In this document: piece after piece, positions 1 through 7,741 of the stretch
Position numbering within the stretch: the stretch's first letter is position 1
Layout: every line of letters starts with the position of its first letter
DNA from: Congzhengia sp.
GTDB taxonomy: Bacteria > Bacillota > Clostridia > UBA1381 > UBA9506
NCBI GenBank assembly: GCA_045649085.1
Contig: JAZRPE010000040.1
Span: forward strand, 14,075 to 38,074
Direction: 5' to 3'
DNA: 24,000 nucleotides
Translations under genes and position numbers: made by a program
Notes under the pieces: generated by a model
Seen by the model: the letters and a program-made list of their open reading frames with translations, nothing else
What the model was told of the DNA's origin: nothing
Database searches by the model: none

Positions 1-172
1 TTTCGACAGGAATTCGGCCTTTTTGAATATAGTGATTGAGCAACTGCTTGTCTATTCCCAGCAGGTTTGCTAATGTCTGTTTTTTAAGGTTATCCAATTC
101 CTCCATACGCAATTCGAGTCTTTTTTGAAACAGTGCTAAATCTTTAATCTCAACAATGTCTTTCTTGGGCAT
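1..172 (-). CDS. XRE-family HTH protein, N-terminal part only (gene runs off the left edge)
   Basis: Not in the ORF track because it is truncated. The reverse complement from the ATG (complement of 170-172) reads MPKKDIVEIKDLALFQKRLELRMEELDNLKKQTLANLLGIDKQLLNHYIQKGRIPVE. The TLANLLGIDKQLLNHYIQKGRIP segment fits the Cro/XRE HTH pattern. An RBS aaggaag lies about 8 nt upstream. Confidence 0.5.
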   Translation of the reverse strand, partial: MPKKDIVEIKDLALFQKRLELRMEELDNLKKQTLANLLGIDKQLLNHYIQKGRIPVE

Positions 173-259
173 AAATACTCACTTCCTTTAAGCTAATTAT
201 ATCAATAAATATAGTGTTTTTCAAGTGACGTAAAACTTGAGTAAAATATTTTTTGCGGT

Positions 260-288
260 TTGACAGAATCAAAATCGGTCTGTAAAAT
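260..288 (+). promoter_or_regulatory. SigA-type promoter (TTGACA, 17 nt spacer, TGtTAAAAT extended -10)
   Basis: ttgaca at 260-265, a 17-nt spacer, and taaaat at 283-288 preceded by tg at 281-282. It is divergent from the XRE gene and upstream of CDS 329-775. Confidence 0.55.
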
Positions 289-328
289 GCACTTGAGCGC
301 TCAGAAAAATCGAGAAAGGAGAAGACCA

Positions 329-775
329 ATGAAAGAATTTGTTTGTATGTTAAAAGAAAAATGGAAATCATCTGAAATGTATACAGGAAGCATTTTTATT
401 GCAATGCGTGAAGATGGTTCATATTTTGTGAGCGAGGGCGATGCACTCGATGTTGTTTACACTATGTATCGGTTAATTTGTCACCCGGATTACAAAACAT
501 ACAAGGAGCAACTGGCGTTTCTTGATGAAGTTGCACCTGCGGCTCAGGAGCTTACATATTATGAAGAGGCAAAGGACTGTGTAATTGTGGCGGAATACTA
601 TGACTATATTTTGACAGTAAATCGTCCCGGAACGCACTCTCAGTTTGCCAGTGTATATTCCAATGCGATAAATGAAATTGCAGACAAGTATGATGTAACT
701 GTGGATTCAATAATCAAACAGCTCAAATACTATGTATGCGATGAAGCAAAGGAGCGAGGCGAATATCAAGATTAA
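329..775 (+). CDS. Hypothetical protein (148 aa)
   Basis: This is the ORF-track frame 260-775. The preferred start is the ATG at 329, preceded by the RBS gaaaggag (313-320). I recognise no motif. Confidence 0.6.
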   Translation: MKEFVCMLKEKWKSSEMYTGSIFIAMREDGSYFVSEGDALDVVYTMYRLICHPDYKTYKEQLAFLDEVAPAAQELTYYEEAKDCVIVAEYYDYILTVNRPGTHSQFASVYSNAINEIADKYDVTVDSIIKQLKYYVCDEAKERGEYQD

Positions 776-807
776 ACCGCTTCCTGCACGCTCTGGCAAA
801 ACCGTTG

Positions 808-2457
808 ATGTTGCCGGAGCGTGTAAGGAACTTTGTTAAAATTAAGTATGAGGAGCGGGTGCTCCAAAGGCCGTATATCGGCGATCAGCTTGATTATGAC
901 TTACTTTGCTGGAGGTCGAGCCGGGCAGTAGTAATTAAGGCTCCCACCGGTGCAGGAAAAACGTGGTTTGCAATCAACAAAATTATCAAACGTGCAAAAA
1001 AGCATAAAGAGAAGGTGTTGATTGTTATGAATCGCAGTCCGTTGAATCTTGCGTATAAAAAGGCAGTTGCAAAAATGGTAGAAAAAGAGAGTTGCTATAC
1101 AGACGAAGGATTGTTGCAGGCGCAGGAGTTTGGCAACGTATTTGTTGTAAACTATCAAGGTCTGGAACACTTTGTGAGGACACATAAGCACGTTGAATTT
1201 TCTTATGTAATATGCGACGAATGCCACTACTTTCTGCAAGACGCATCATTTACTGACTGCACCGGTACGGTGCTTGATATGATTCCCAAGGTATTTGAGT
1301 TTGCTGTAAGAATTTACATCAGTGCAACCATAGAAGAGGTTCTGCCCTTTATCACAAGGGCAGAACTGTATGATTGCAACGTGGATTTTGACGGAAATGT
1401 TTACTGGAAGGACCTGTTACTTGCACAGACCTTTACAGGGCAGTACCCCGTGCCGCTGGTTTACAGAATGGAGTCAGATTACAGTAAAATCAAGCTGCAA
1501 TTTTTTGAAGATACAGAGCTTTTAGCTGAACAACTTAAAGCAGAGCCTTATCAGGTGTTGGCATTTTGCGACACAAAGAAGGAATGCAAAAAGTTTGTTA
1601 AGGCTATAGATAGTGGAAGGGTAATTTATTCGGAGTATCTCCATGAACATCCTGAGGTGCTTAAAAGCCTTGTAGAAAACGAAGGGTTTTCCGGTAAGTG
1701 CCTTGCTGCTACAACTGTATTTTCCAACGGAAACAACATCAGCAGTAAAAATGTAAGGTCGGTAGTTATTACACTATTGGATCAGATTGAGATATTGCAG
1801 ATGGCAGGTCGCAGACGGCTGGATTACTCTGACCCGAACGATGGATTTACTCTGTATCTTAAAATTCCCAAATCAGGGCAAATAAGGCAGAAACTTCATT
1901 CCATATATGCCTTACAGGCAGAAATTGCAGAATGTAAGAAAAATCCTGTTTACCTTATGAGCATCATAAAAGACGGCACCGATGATATGACAGATTCAAT
2001 CCGCCGTGTTTTTGGAATCGACAGGATAACAAAGGATTACAAAATCAATTATCTCTGCGAGGACAAGCTGTATTCACAACAAAAGTATTTAGAATTTATT
2101 GATGCTCTCATAGATGAAAAAGGAGAGGAGGCATACTGCCGGATGATAGCGGAACTTTTTGGTAAAGCATTTGATGAAAGTATGCTCTTTAAAACAAGGG
2201 AAGACAGGAAGATGGAACTCTCGGAGTTTATAAATGGCTATGGATTTCCGTTGTCCTGCGAGGAATTTGAAATCTTCTGTGAAAAATTTACTGAAAAAAG
2301 AGTTCTTCTGTTTGGCAGGAGCGAATCGGATAATTTTGGTATAAACCGCAAAGTACCGGGGTTCCGGTCAATAAACAACCGATTAAAAGAGCTGGGGTTA
2401 GAAATAGAAATCGTAAGAGAAGGCGAAAAATATTATTTAAAAGAGGTATCAGAATGA
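808..2457 (+). CDS. SF2 DEAD/DEAH-box helicase
   Basis: The helicase motifs are visible: Walker A APTGAGKT, motif II ICDECH, motif III SAT (YISATIEE), motif V TTVFSNGNNI and motif VI QMAGRRR. The start is either TTG 805 or ATG 808. Confidence 0.85.
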   Translation: MLPERVRNFVKIKYEERVLQRPYIGDQLDYDLLCWRSSRAVVIKAPTGAGKTWFAINKIIKRAKKHKEKVLIVMNRSPLNLAYKKAVAKMVEKESCYTDEGLLQAQEFGNVFVVNYQGLEHFVRTHKHVEFSYVICDECHYFLQDASFTDCTGTVLDMIPKVFEFAVRIYISATIEEVLPFITRAELYDCNVDFDGNVYWKDLLLAQTFTGQYPVPLVYRMESDYSKIKLQFFEDTELLAEQLKAEPYQVLAFCDTKKECKKFVKAIDSGRVIYSEYLHEHPEVLKSLVENEGFSGKCLAATTVFSNGNNISSKNVRSVVITLLDQIEILQMAGRRRLDYSDPNDGFTLYLKIPKSGQIRQKLHSIYALQAEIAECKKNPVYLMSIIKDGTDDMTDSIRRVFGIDRITKDYKINYLCEDKLYSQQKYLEFIDALIDEKGEEAYCRMIAELFGKAFDESMLFKTREDRKMELSEFINGYGFPLSCEEFEIFCEKFTEKRVLLFGRSESDNFGINRKVPGFRSINNRLKELGLEIEIVREGEKYYLKEVSE

Positions 2458-2551
2458 AAAGTATAGATTTAATTTTAGAAGCAATTTATGAGATATTAAA
2501 TCATAAGAAATAGCTATAAAAGCTAAGTATAAAGCAAAGGAGGTGCAGAGC

Positions 2552-4081
2552 ATGGCCAAAATTTTAAAAGCGGTAGCCTATGCTAGATTTTCAAGTGATT
2601 TACAACGTGAAGAGTCTATTGATGCACAGGTTCGTGCTATAAAAGCTTTTGCAGATGCAAAGGGCTATGCTCTGCAAAAAGTTTATGCGGACCGCGGTAT
2701 CAGCGGGACCACTGATAACAGGCCTGAATTTCAGGCGATGATTGAAGATGTGAAGAATAGTGATATTTCTGCGGTAATTGTCCATAAATCTGACAGATTT
2801 GCAAGAAATCGTGCAGACAGTGCAATATATAGGCGTGAGCTTAAAAAGTATGGGGTACAGGTATTGTCTGTCACTGAGAATATAAATGACGATACGCCGG
2901 AGTCTATAATGTTAACTTCTGTCATTGAAGGAATGAATGAGTATTATTCCGCAAACCTCAGACGAGAGGTTATGAAAGGATTAAAGGAAAACGCTCTGTC
3001 CTGTCGGCATACGGGCGGTAAGCCTTGTCTTGGTTATGATGTAGATAAAAGCACAATGAAGCTTGTTAACAATGAATGGGAAGCTGAAGCAGTTAAACTG
3101 ATTTTTAAACTATATCTGGAGGGGCATGGTTATTCTCATATTATTAATGAACTTAACAAAAGAGGTTATAAAACTAAGAGGGGTGCGGCTTTTGGAAAAA
3201 ATAGTTTATACGAAATATTGCGTAATGAAAAATATACCGGAGTATATGTATATAATTTGTCAGCATCAAAAAATTCCGCAGGAAAATTTAACAGACATAA
3301 AAGCAAACCTGATGATGAAGTAATACGAATTGAAGGTGGTGTACCTCAAATAATACCTACAGAAGAGTTTCAAAAGGTACAACAAGTTATGAAATCAAGA
3401 CAGAGAAAAACCGCCGCCTTTAAAGCGAAACAGGAATATCTGTTGTCAGGTAAAATTATATGTAATGAATGTGGTTGTACCTATGCGGGTAATTCGCGAA
3501 AGGCGAATCCAACACATCCTCTATATGTTTCATATCGTTGCACTAAAAGAAATGGTAAAATAAAATGCAAAAATCCTGAAATCCAAAGGGATTTAATTGA
3601 ATCAATAGTTCAAAAGAAATTAGCAAGTAAGGTTTTTGATGAAAAGGTATTGCCTGAGGTTATCGGCAAATATAATGAGTTTGCTGCTTCAAAAAATACC
3701 GAGCTAATATCTTCCATTAATATGATTAAGGATAAAATTACTGAAGCAGAAAAAGGTATTGCAAATATAGTAAATGTAATTATGCAGACAGGTTCAGTGT
3801 CATTAACAGACAAGTTAAAAGAGTTGGAGAGTGATAAAGCAAAATTTGAACAGACATTGCAAGAAAAACAGATGGAATTATCTGAAATTTCCGTCAATGA
3901 AAAAGTCTTAAAGCGGGCTTTCAAAAAGGCTAAGAAAATGCTCGAATCTGGAACACTATCTAACAAAAAGGCAATTATTGATCGCTATGTAAAGCAAATT
4001 ATATTGGATAAGGATAAAATAGTAATAGAGTTTAATGTAACGGATACATATACAATTACAGAGGAAATAGAGCGTTCATAG
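2552..4081 (+). CDS. Large serine recombinase (resolvase/invertase N-domain, recombinase domain, zinc ribbon, coiled coil)
   Basis: The N-terminus AVAYARFSSDLQREESIDAQ carries the catalytic Ser motif, followed by VHKSDRFARN. A Cys cluster (CNECG...YRCTKR...KCKN) and a C-terminal coiled coil follow. The ATG at 2552 sits 8 nt after the RBS aaggagg; the track start GTG 2543 overlaps that RBS. Confidence 0.9.
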   Translation: MAKILKAVAYARFSSDLQREESIDAQVRAIKAFADAKGYALQKVYADRGISGTTDNRPEFQAMIEDVKNSDISAVIVHKSDRFARNRADSAIYRRELKKYGVQVLSVTENINDDTPESIMLTSVIEGMNEYYSANLRREVMKGLKENALSCRHTGGKPCLGYDVDKSTMKLVNNEWEAEAVKLIFKLYLEGHGYSHIINELNKRGYKTKRGAAFGKNSLYEILRNEKYTGVYVYNLSASKNSAGKFNRHKSKPDDEVIRIEGGVPQIIPTEEFQKVQQVMKSRQRKTAAFKAKQEYLLSGKIICNECGCTYAGNSRKANPTHPLYVSYRCTKRNGKIKCKNPEIQRDLIESIVQKKLASKVFDEKVLPEVIGKYNEFAASKNTELISSINMIKDKITEAEKGIANIVNVIMQTGSVSLTDKLKELESDKAKFEQTLQEKQMELSEISVNEKVLKRAFKKAKKMLESGTLSNKKAIIDRYVKQIILDKDKIVIEFNVTDTYTITEEIERS

Positions 4082-4104
4082 TCGTTAAAACTATTATTGA
4101 AAAG

Positions 4105-4140
4105 CAAAGAACACAGTGAAAATCACTGTGTTCTTTGTAT
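4105..4140 (+). terminator. Intrinsic terminator after the serine recombinase gene
   Basis: A perfect 15-bp stem caaagaacacagtga (4105-4119) / tcactgtgttctttg (4123-4137) with loop aaa and a T-rich 3' side. Confidence 0.7.
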
Positions 4141-4235
4141 CCTAGATTTGTATAATATCATGTCCCTAACTTGATATGTGTTTTGTTATGATGCTGTGCT
4201 TTATGTTACATTTATATTAAATTTTTGATAAAGCG

Positions 4236-4264
4236 TTGACATACGTGTTAATACGTGTTATAAT
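4236..4264 (+). promoter_or_regulatory. Consensus SigA promoter of hicA with a tandem 10-bp repeat in the spacer (candidate operator)
   Basis: ttgaca at 4236-4241, a 17-nt spacer, tataat at 4259-4264. The spacer consists of atacgtgtta repeated twice (4241-4250 and 4251-4260). Confidence 0.65.
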
Positions 4265-4328
4265 GTAATCGTAATATGGAAGCGGCATACTACTTATTAT
4301 AATATTTGAAGAAAGGAGAGCGTTGCCT

Positions 4329-4517
4329 ATGCCAATGAAACCCCGAGAAATGATAAAGCTATTGCGAGATAATGGATTTATCGAAGTATCGCAAAACGGT
4401 TCCCATAAAAAGATGTTTAGGGAAGAAACTAATACTACGGTTATTGTGCCGGTACATAGTAAGGAATTAAAAAAGAAAATTGAAAAAGCAATATTAAAGC
4501 AAGCGGGATTAAATTAA
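4329..4517 (+). CDS. hicA: HicA-family mRNA interferase toxin
   Basis: MKPREMIKLLRDNGFIEVSQNGSHKKM...VPVHSKELKKKIEKAILKQAGL matches the HicA pattern (GSH motif, C-terminal ILKQAGL). The ATG at 4329 lies 8 nt after the RBS aaaggagag. Confidence 0.9.
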   Translation: MPMKPREMIKLLRDNGFIEVSQNGSHKKMFREETNTTVIVPVHSKELKKKIEKAILKQAGLN

Positions 4518-4561
4518 AAATTGAATTAGAATAAGAATTAATAAGGATTTAGAGAACAAAT

Positions 4562-4612
4562 GGTTTTAGGAGCGGTTTGTGATAATTTGTTTGCAAACCG
4601 CATAACCTAAAA
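4562..4612 (+). other. Long imperfect hairpin in the hicA-hicB spacer
   Basis: The arms gttttagg-a-gcggtttg and caaaccgc-ataa-cctaaaac pair as two 8-bp helices around a 14-nt loop. The function is unknown; it could be a terminator, a processing site or a small RNA. Confidence 0.4.
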
Positions 4613-4724
4613 CATATTAGATATATATGTTTATTTGTTGTGCAATTTTTTAGGTTGTTTTTAATGAATTACTTTACACTTAGACCAAATATGTATGAAA
4701 TAAAATAAGATTGGAGATGTGAAA

Positions 4725-5123
4725 ATGAATAGAACTTATTATTATCCTGCAATATTTACTAAAGAAGATGTTGGCTTTTCTGTTAGTTTTCCTGACCTTC
4801 CTGGGTGTTTTACCCAGGGAGATACTATTGAAGAAGCTTATAAAATGTCTTCTTCCGCAATTGGATTATATGCACAAAATGAAGATGGTAAATTTGTTTT
4901 TCCGAATGCTAGTGCTCCTAATGATATTACATTAGAAAAAGATGAATTTTTAGTGCTTGTAGAGTTTAATCTTATTGAATACTTAAAAAACACAAGTGAC
5001 AAAGCAGTGAAGAAAACGTTAACTATTCCATCATGGCTTAATAATTTGGCAGAACAAAACAATGTGAATTTTTCCAATGTATTACAAAATGCACTCAAAG
5101 AATATTTGAATGTAAATAGCTAA
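4725..5123 (+). CDS. hicB: HicB-family antitoxin with C-terminal ribbon-helix-helix-like domain
   Basis: YYYPAIFTKEDVGFSVSFPDLPGCFTQGDTIEEA is the typical HicB N-domain. The C-terminal KKTLTIPSWLNNLAEQNNVNFSNVLQNALKEYL resembles an RHH DNA-binding domain. The ATG at 4725 follows the RBS ggaga. Confidence 0.85.
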   Translation: MNRTYYYPAIFTKEDVGFSVSFPDLPGCFTQGDTIEEAYKMSSSAIGLYAQNEDGKFVFPNASAPNDITLEKDEFLVLVEFNLIEYLKNTSDKAVKKTLTIPSWLNNLAEQNNVNFSNVLQNALKEYLNVNS

Positions 5124-5152
5124 TGTAGCTAATCCATCATCAGATACCAAGA

Positions 5153-5186
5153 CAGACACTCCGCTTTCGTTCGGAGTGTCTGTTTA
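5153..5186 (+). terminator. Intrinsic terminator after hicB
   Basis: An 11-bp stem cagacactccg (5153-5163) / cggagtgtctg (5172-5182), followed by ttt. Confidence 0.7.
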
Positions 5187-5293
5187 TATGTAATAAATTT
5201 GGAAAAAGTTTAAGAGTTGAATAACACAATTGATACATGATATGTAATAGAAAAAAGTAACAATAGCTGTAAAAGCTATTGTTACTAAAAATG

Positions 5294-5323
5294 AAAAGCA
5301 CAGTGATTTTTCACTGTGCTTTT
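5294..5323 (-). terminator. Hairpin terminator downstream (minus strand) of the tRNA remnant
   Basis: A stem aaaagcacagtga / tcactgtgctttt with loop tttt. On the minus strand it is followed by tcattttt. A second 8-bp hairpin tccgtatg/catacgga lies between it and the tRNA fragment. Confidence 0.6.
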
Positions 5324-5348
5324 TGTTCCGTATGATTGTGCATACGGA

Positions 5349-5375
5349 TGGCGGAGAAGGAGAGATTCGAACTCT
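5349..5375 (-). other. 3'-terminal 27 nt of a tRNA gene (T-arm 3' half, acceptor 3' strand and CCA), taken as the prophage att core
   Basis: The minus strand reads AGAGTTCGAATCTCTCCTTCTCCGCCA. It contains the T-loop TTCGAAT, the T-stem strand CTCTC, the acceptor strand CTTCTCC, a G discriminator and CCA. No D or anticodon arms lie upstream on that strand; the integrase gene does. A GGAGAAG-type acceptor with G73 suggests tRNA-Ser, but that assignment is weak. Confidence 0.75.
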
Positions 5376-5430
5376 ATATTTTTCGCGTAAAATAAGGGGG
5401 TTTGAGAGTTTTGACAACTTTTTGACAACT

Positions 5431-6474
5431 TTATGCAGAAATCTTCTGCACATATTCTTGCCATTTTAGGACCGAATTACTTCTTCTCGTGTTGCTTAAA
5501 TGAGTGTATATATCTAATGTTGTTTTTATATCTTTGTGGCCGAGCCAGATCTGCGCTGTTTTGACGTCTATATTTGCATCAAACAGCATTGTGGCGTAAG
5601 AATGCCTTAACATATGTGGTGTAGCGGATACGCCTGCTTCGGCTTTATATTTATTCCATTTCCTTGTGATTTGCGAGTTGTCGAGCAATTCGCCCTCTTC
5701 TGTTTGGAATATATAATTATTTTTCTTTCGCTTTATAAGTTCGCCCATTAACAGGTCAGGCAACGGGAGCGTTCTGTATCCCGCATCGGTCTTTGGATGA
5801 TTCTTTATTTGCGGTTTATTTCCTATCCATTCTACAGTTTTTGAAACGGTAACTGTTTTGTTTTTATAGTCAATGTCTTTTGGAGTGATTGCAAATGCTT
5901 CGCCGCGCCGCAATCCAGTGTATAGTAAAAAAAGTGCAAAAAAACCAAAATATACATCCTTGTTCTCTTTGATTCTCTTTATATCTTCGTCTGATGCAGG
6001 TTGACGTTTTTCTCTTTTATTTGGGATGTTGATGGTTATGAACTGACAAGGATTTGAAGGAATTAGTTGCTCAATAAGCGCGTGTTTCATAATTAGGCTT
6101 AGTATAGAGAGCTTACCCTTTATAGTCTTCTTTGCATAACCTTTTTTCTCGTACATTGACACGAAGTTTTTGACATCTGTGGGAGTTATGTCCTGTACCA
6201 TTCTTCCTTCAAAAAATTTGATACATTCTCTCTGTGCAGGTCTATATGCTTTAAGAGAATTATTCTCGATTCTTCCGAAAGTTTCTTCGGCCCATTGTTC
6301 GGCGATTGTTTTAAAAGAATTTTTGTTTTCTGTTGTGCTTTCAATCTCAAGTATTTGCTTATTAAAATCTTTAACGGCTTCGCGTTCCGATTTTGCGTTT
6401 GAGTAAAAGTATTTTGATGTACCATCGGGGAGCTTTACTTTTTTTACCCAACGGCCATCTTTTCTTTGCTTCAT
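5431..6474 (-). CDS. int: Tyrosine recombinase / phage integrase
   Basis: The C-terminal catalytic region is HMLRHSYATMLFDANIDVKTAQIWLGHKDIKTTLDIYTHL (HxxR...Y), with an earlier GLRRGE Arg motif. The ATG at 6474 follows the RBS gaagg by 8 nt; the track start GTG 6483 abuts that RBS. Confidence 0.9.
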   Translation of the reverse strand: MKQRKDGRWVKKVKLPDGTSKYFYSNAKSEREAVKDFNKQILEIESTTENKNSFKTIAEQWAEETFGRIENNSLKAYRPAQRECIKFFEGRMVQDITPTDVKNFVSMYEKKGYAKKTIKGKLSILSLIMKHALIEQLIPSNPCQFITINIPNKREKRQPASDEDIKRIKENKDVYFGFFALFLLYTGLRRGEAFAITPKDIDYKNKTVTVSKTVEWIGNKPQIKNHPKTDAGYRTLPLPDLLMGELIKRKKNNYIFQTEEGELLDNSQITRKWNKYKAEAGVSATPHMLRHSYATMLFDANIDVKTAQIWLGHKDIKTTLDIYTHLSNTRRSNSVLKWQEYVQKISA

Positions 6475-6563
6475 GTATTGCACCTTCTTTTCTTAAATGG
6501 TAAACACAATAGTAGTCCTATAATTTTCTACTTTGTGTCGTTACCTAAGATGTCGATTAATTT

Positions 6564-7241
6564 TTACGGATTACACAGTTTGCACGGGCGATATGATTTT
6601 GTTGCATCAGAGCGTTTTATTTCCGTTGCATCAGATATTTTTGCATATCTACAAGACGACCTATGGAAACATTCGCCCGAAGGTGTAATAAAAACTGTTT
6701 CCTCGGATGTTGATTCTTGTATAATTTCCTGTGTGGGCGTAGACTGCGGAGCGTATGTTGTTTTGCTTATCGCAGATTTCACAATAATTGTTCCTGTGGC
6801 AGTAAGAAAAAGCACCGCAGAAATTATTGCTATAGCTATTGCTCTTTTAAGAAATTTAAAGTATTTCTCGTTGGCAATTATAAGCCAGGTAAGAGCATCA
6901 GCTTCTATTTCTGCAAAGGTTTTGTCAACCGCCTCGCTATATCCGTCGCCTATGTGCCCTAAAACGATGTGTGACAGTTCGTGGAGTAATAGGTATACTT
7001 GTTCCTGGGTATGCAAATCAAATCGAATAAAAACGAGTTTTGCGGTATGATTATATATAAAGGATTTCTTTCCCCTTGCATAATCTTCTAATTCATATCT
7101 GACAAGTTCTTCATTTCCGTCATCTGTTCCCATAAATGAAACAGAATAACCATAAGTATTTAAAAGGTCCGATATCTCCCTTACACCTAAATTCTTTAAC
7201 TGTCTTTTTATTTTCCTTGCTGTCTTGTTTATATTGTTCAT
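6564..7241 (-). CDS. immA: ImmA/IrrE-type zinc metallopeptidase fused to a TM segment and a C-terminal Cys-rich domain
   Basis: HELSHIVLGH is an HExxH motif in an ImmA-like context, directly downstream of the XRE repressor. A hydrophobic stretch AIAIAIISAVLFLTATGTIIV follows. The C-terminus is ITPSGECFHRSSCRYAK...YRPCKLCNP. The gene order int-immA-immR matches ICEBs1. Confidence 0.75.
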   Translation of the reverse strand: MNNINKTARKIKRQLKNLGVREISDLLNTYGYSVSFMGTDDGNEELVRYELEDYARGKKSFIYNHTAKLVFIRFDLHTQEQVYLLLHELSHIVLGHIGDGYSEAVDKTFAEIEADALTWLIIANEKYFKFLKRAIAIAIISAVLFLTATGTIIVKSAISKTTYAPQSTPTQEIIQESTSEETVFITPSGECFHRSSCRYAKISDATEIKRSDATKSYRPCKLCNP

Positions 7242-7277
7242 TAGTAAGTCCTTCCCGGACTACTATTGTGTACTTAA

Positions 7278-7718
7278 TTATAAAATCTCGGGTTTCTTCT
7301 TTTTTGGTTTACTTACGAAGTCGCCGCCGAATGCTGCAAGCTCTGTTCCGGGAGAAAGATTTATTCTCTTTGTTCTCTGTGACTTTGTAAAGTGTATAAA
7401 ATCTAATACTTTCTGCAACTCTTCTTCTGTTAAGTCATTTATTTCTTCTAGGAATATTTTTTCATTATTTGTGAGCTTATGTTCTACAGGCTTTATTGCA
7501 GGTGTTTCTTCTTCCCACCCCATAAGATATGCAGGGGTAGTGTGTAGAGCTTTTGCTAATAAGGCTATCTTATCGCGACGCATATTAGCTATTGCACCTG
7601 TTTCCCATTTTCTAACCGTGCTTTTTCCTACGCCCACATCTTTGCCAACCTGTTCCAATGTAAGATGATTCTGTTCTCTTAATAATTTTATTTTATCTCC
7701 TATATTTAATTCTTTCAT
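7278..7718 (-). CDS. CI-like XRE-family repressor
   Basis: N-terminal HTH: IGDKIKLLREQNHLTLEQVGKDVGVGKSTVRKWETG. The gene is divergent from the cro-like gene and is followed in the same operon by the ImmA-like gene. Confidence 0.85.
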   Translation of the reverse strand: MKELNIGDKIKLLREQNHLTLEQVGKDVGVGKSTVRKWETGAIANMRRDKIALLAKALHTTPAYLMGWEEETPAIKPVEHKLTNNEKIFLEEINDLTEEELQKVLDFIHFTKSQRTKRINLSPGTELAAFGGDFVSKPKKKKPEIL

Positions 7719-7741
7719 ATAAAACTCTCCTTTGGGTGTCG

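Larger units (their letters stand above)
1..4140. mobile_element. Possible right end of an integrative element (XRE regulator, unknown protein, SF2 helicase, large serine recombinase as terminal gene)
   Basis: The gene content is typical of integrative islands or prophage ends. The serine recombinase is the last gene and is followed by a strong hairpin terminator. The left boundary lies outside the window and no att site was identified. Confidence 0.4.

Noticed and set aside
901-3966. ORFs 901-1239, 1025-1249, 2600-2785, 2731-2925, 3126-3323 and 3610-3966
   Set aside because: They lie inside or antisense to the helicase and serine recombinase genes, whose motif content is unambiguous.
4241-4260. 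The tandem atacgtgtta repeat as a CRISPR array or minisatellite
   Set aside because: There are only two copies with no spacers, and the repeat sits exactly in the 17-nt spacer of a consensus promoter. It is better explained as an operator.
5349-5420. An intact tRNA gene on the minus strand
   Set aside because: Only the last 27 nt fit a tRNA. The sequence 5' of it on that strand (..ttacgcgaaaaatat) cannot form the T-stem partner, anticodon arm or D arm.
5184-5453. The 89-aa minus-strand ORF
   Set aside because: It spans two terminator hairpins and the tRNA fragment, has no RBS and has low-complexity content.
6466-7668. Plus-strand ORFs 6466-7050, 6717-6962, 7136-7390 and 7225-7668
   Set aside because: They are antisense shadows of the immA-like and repressor genes. 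They lack an RBS and have Ser/Cys/Phe-rich compositions typical of wrong-strand frames.
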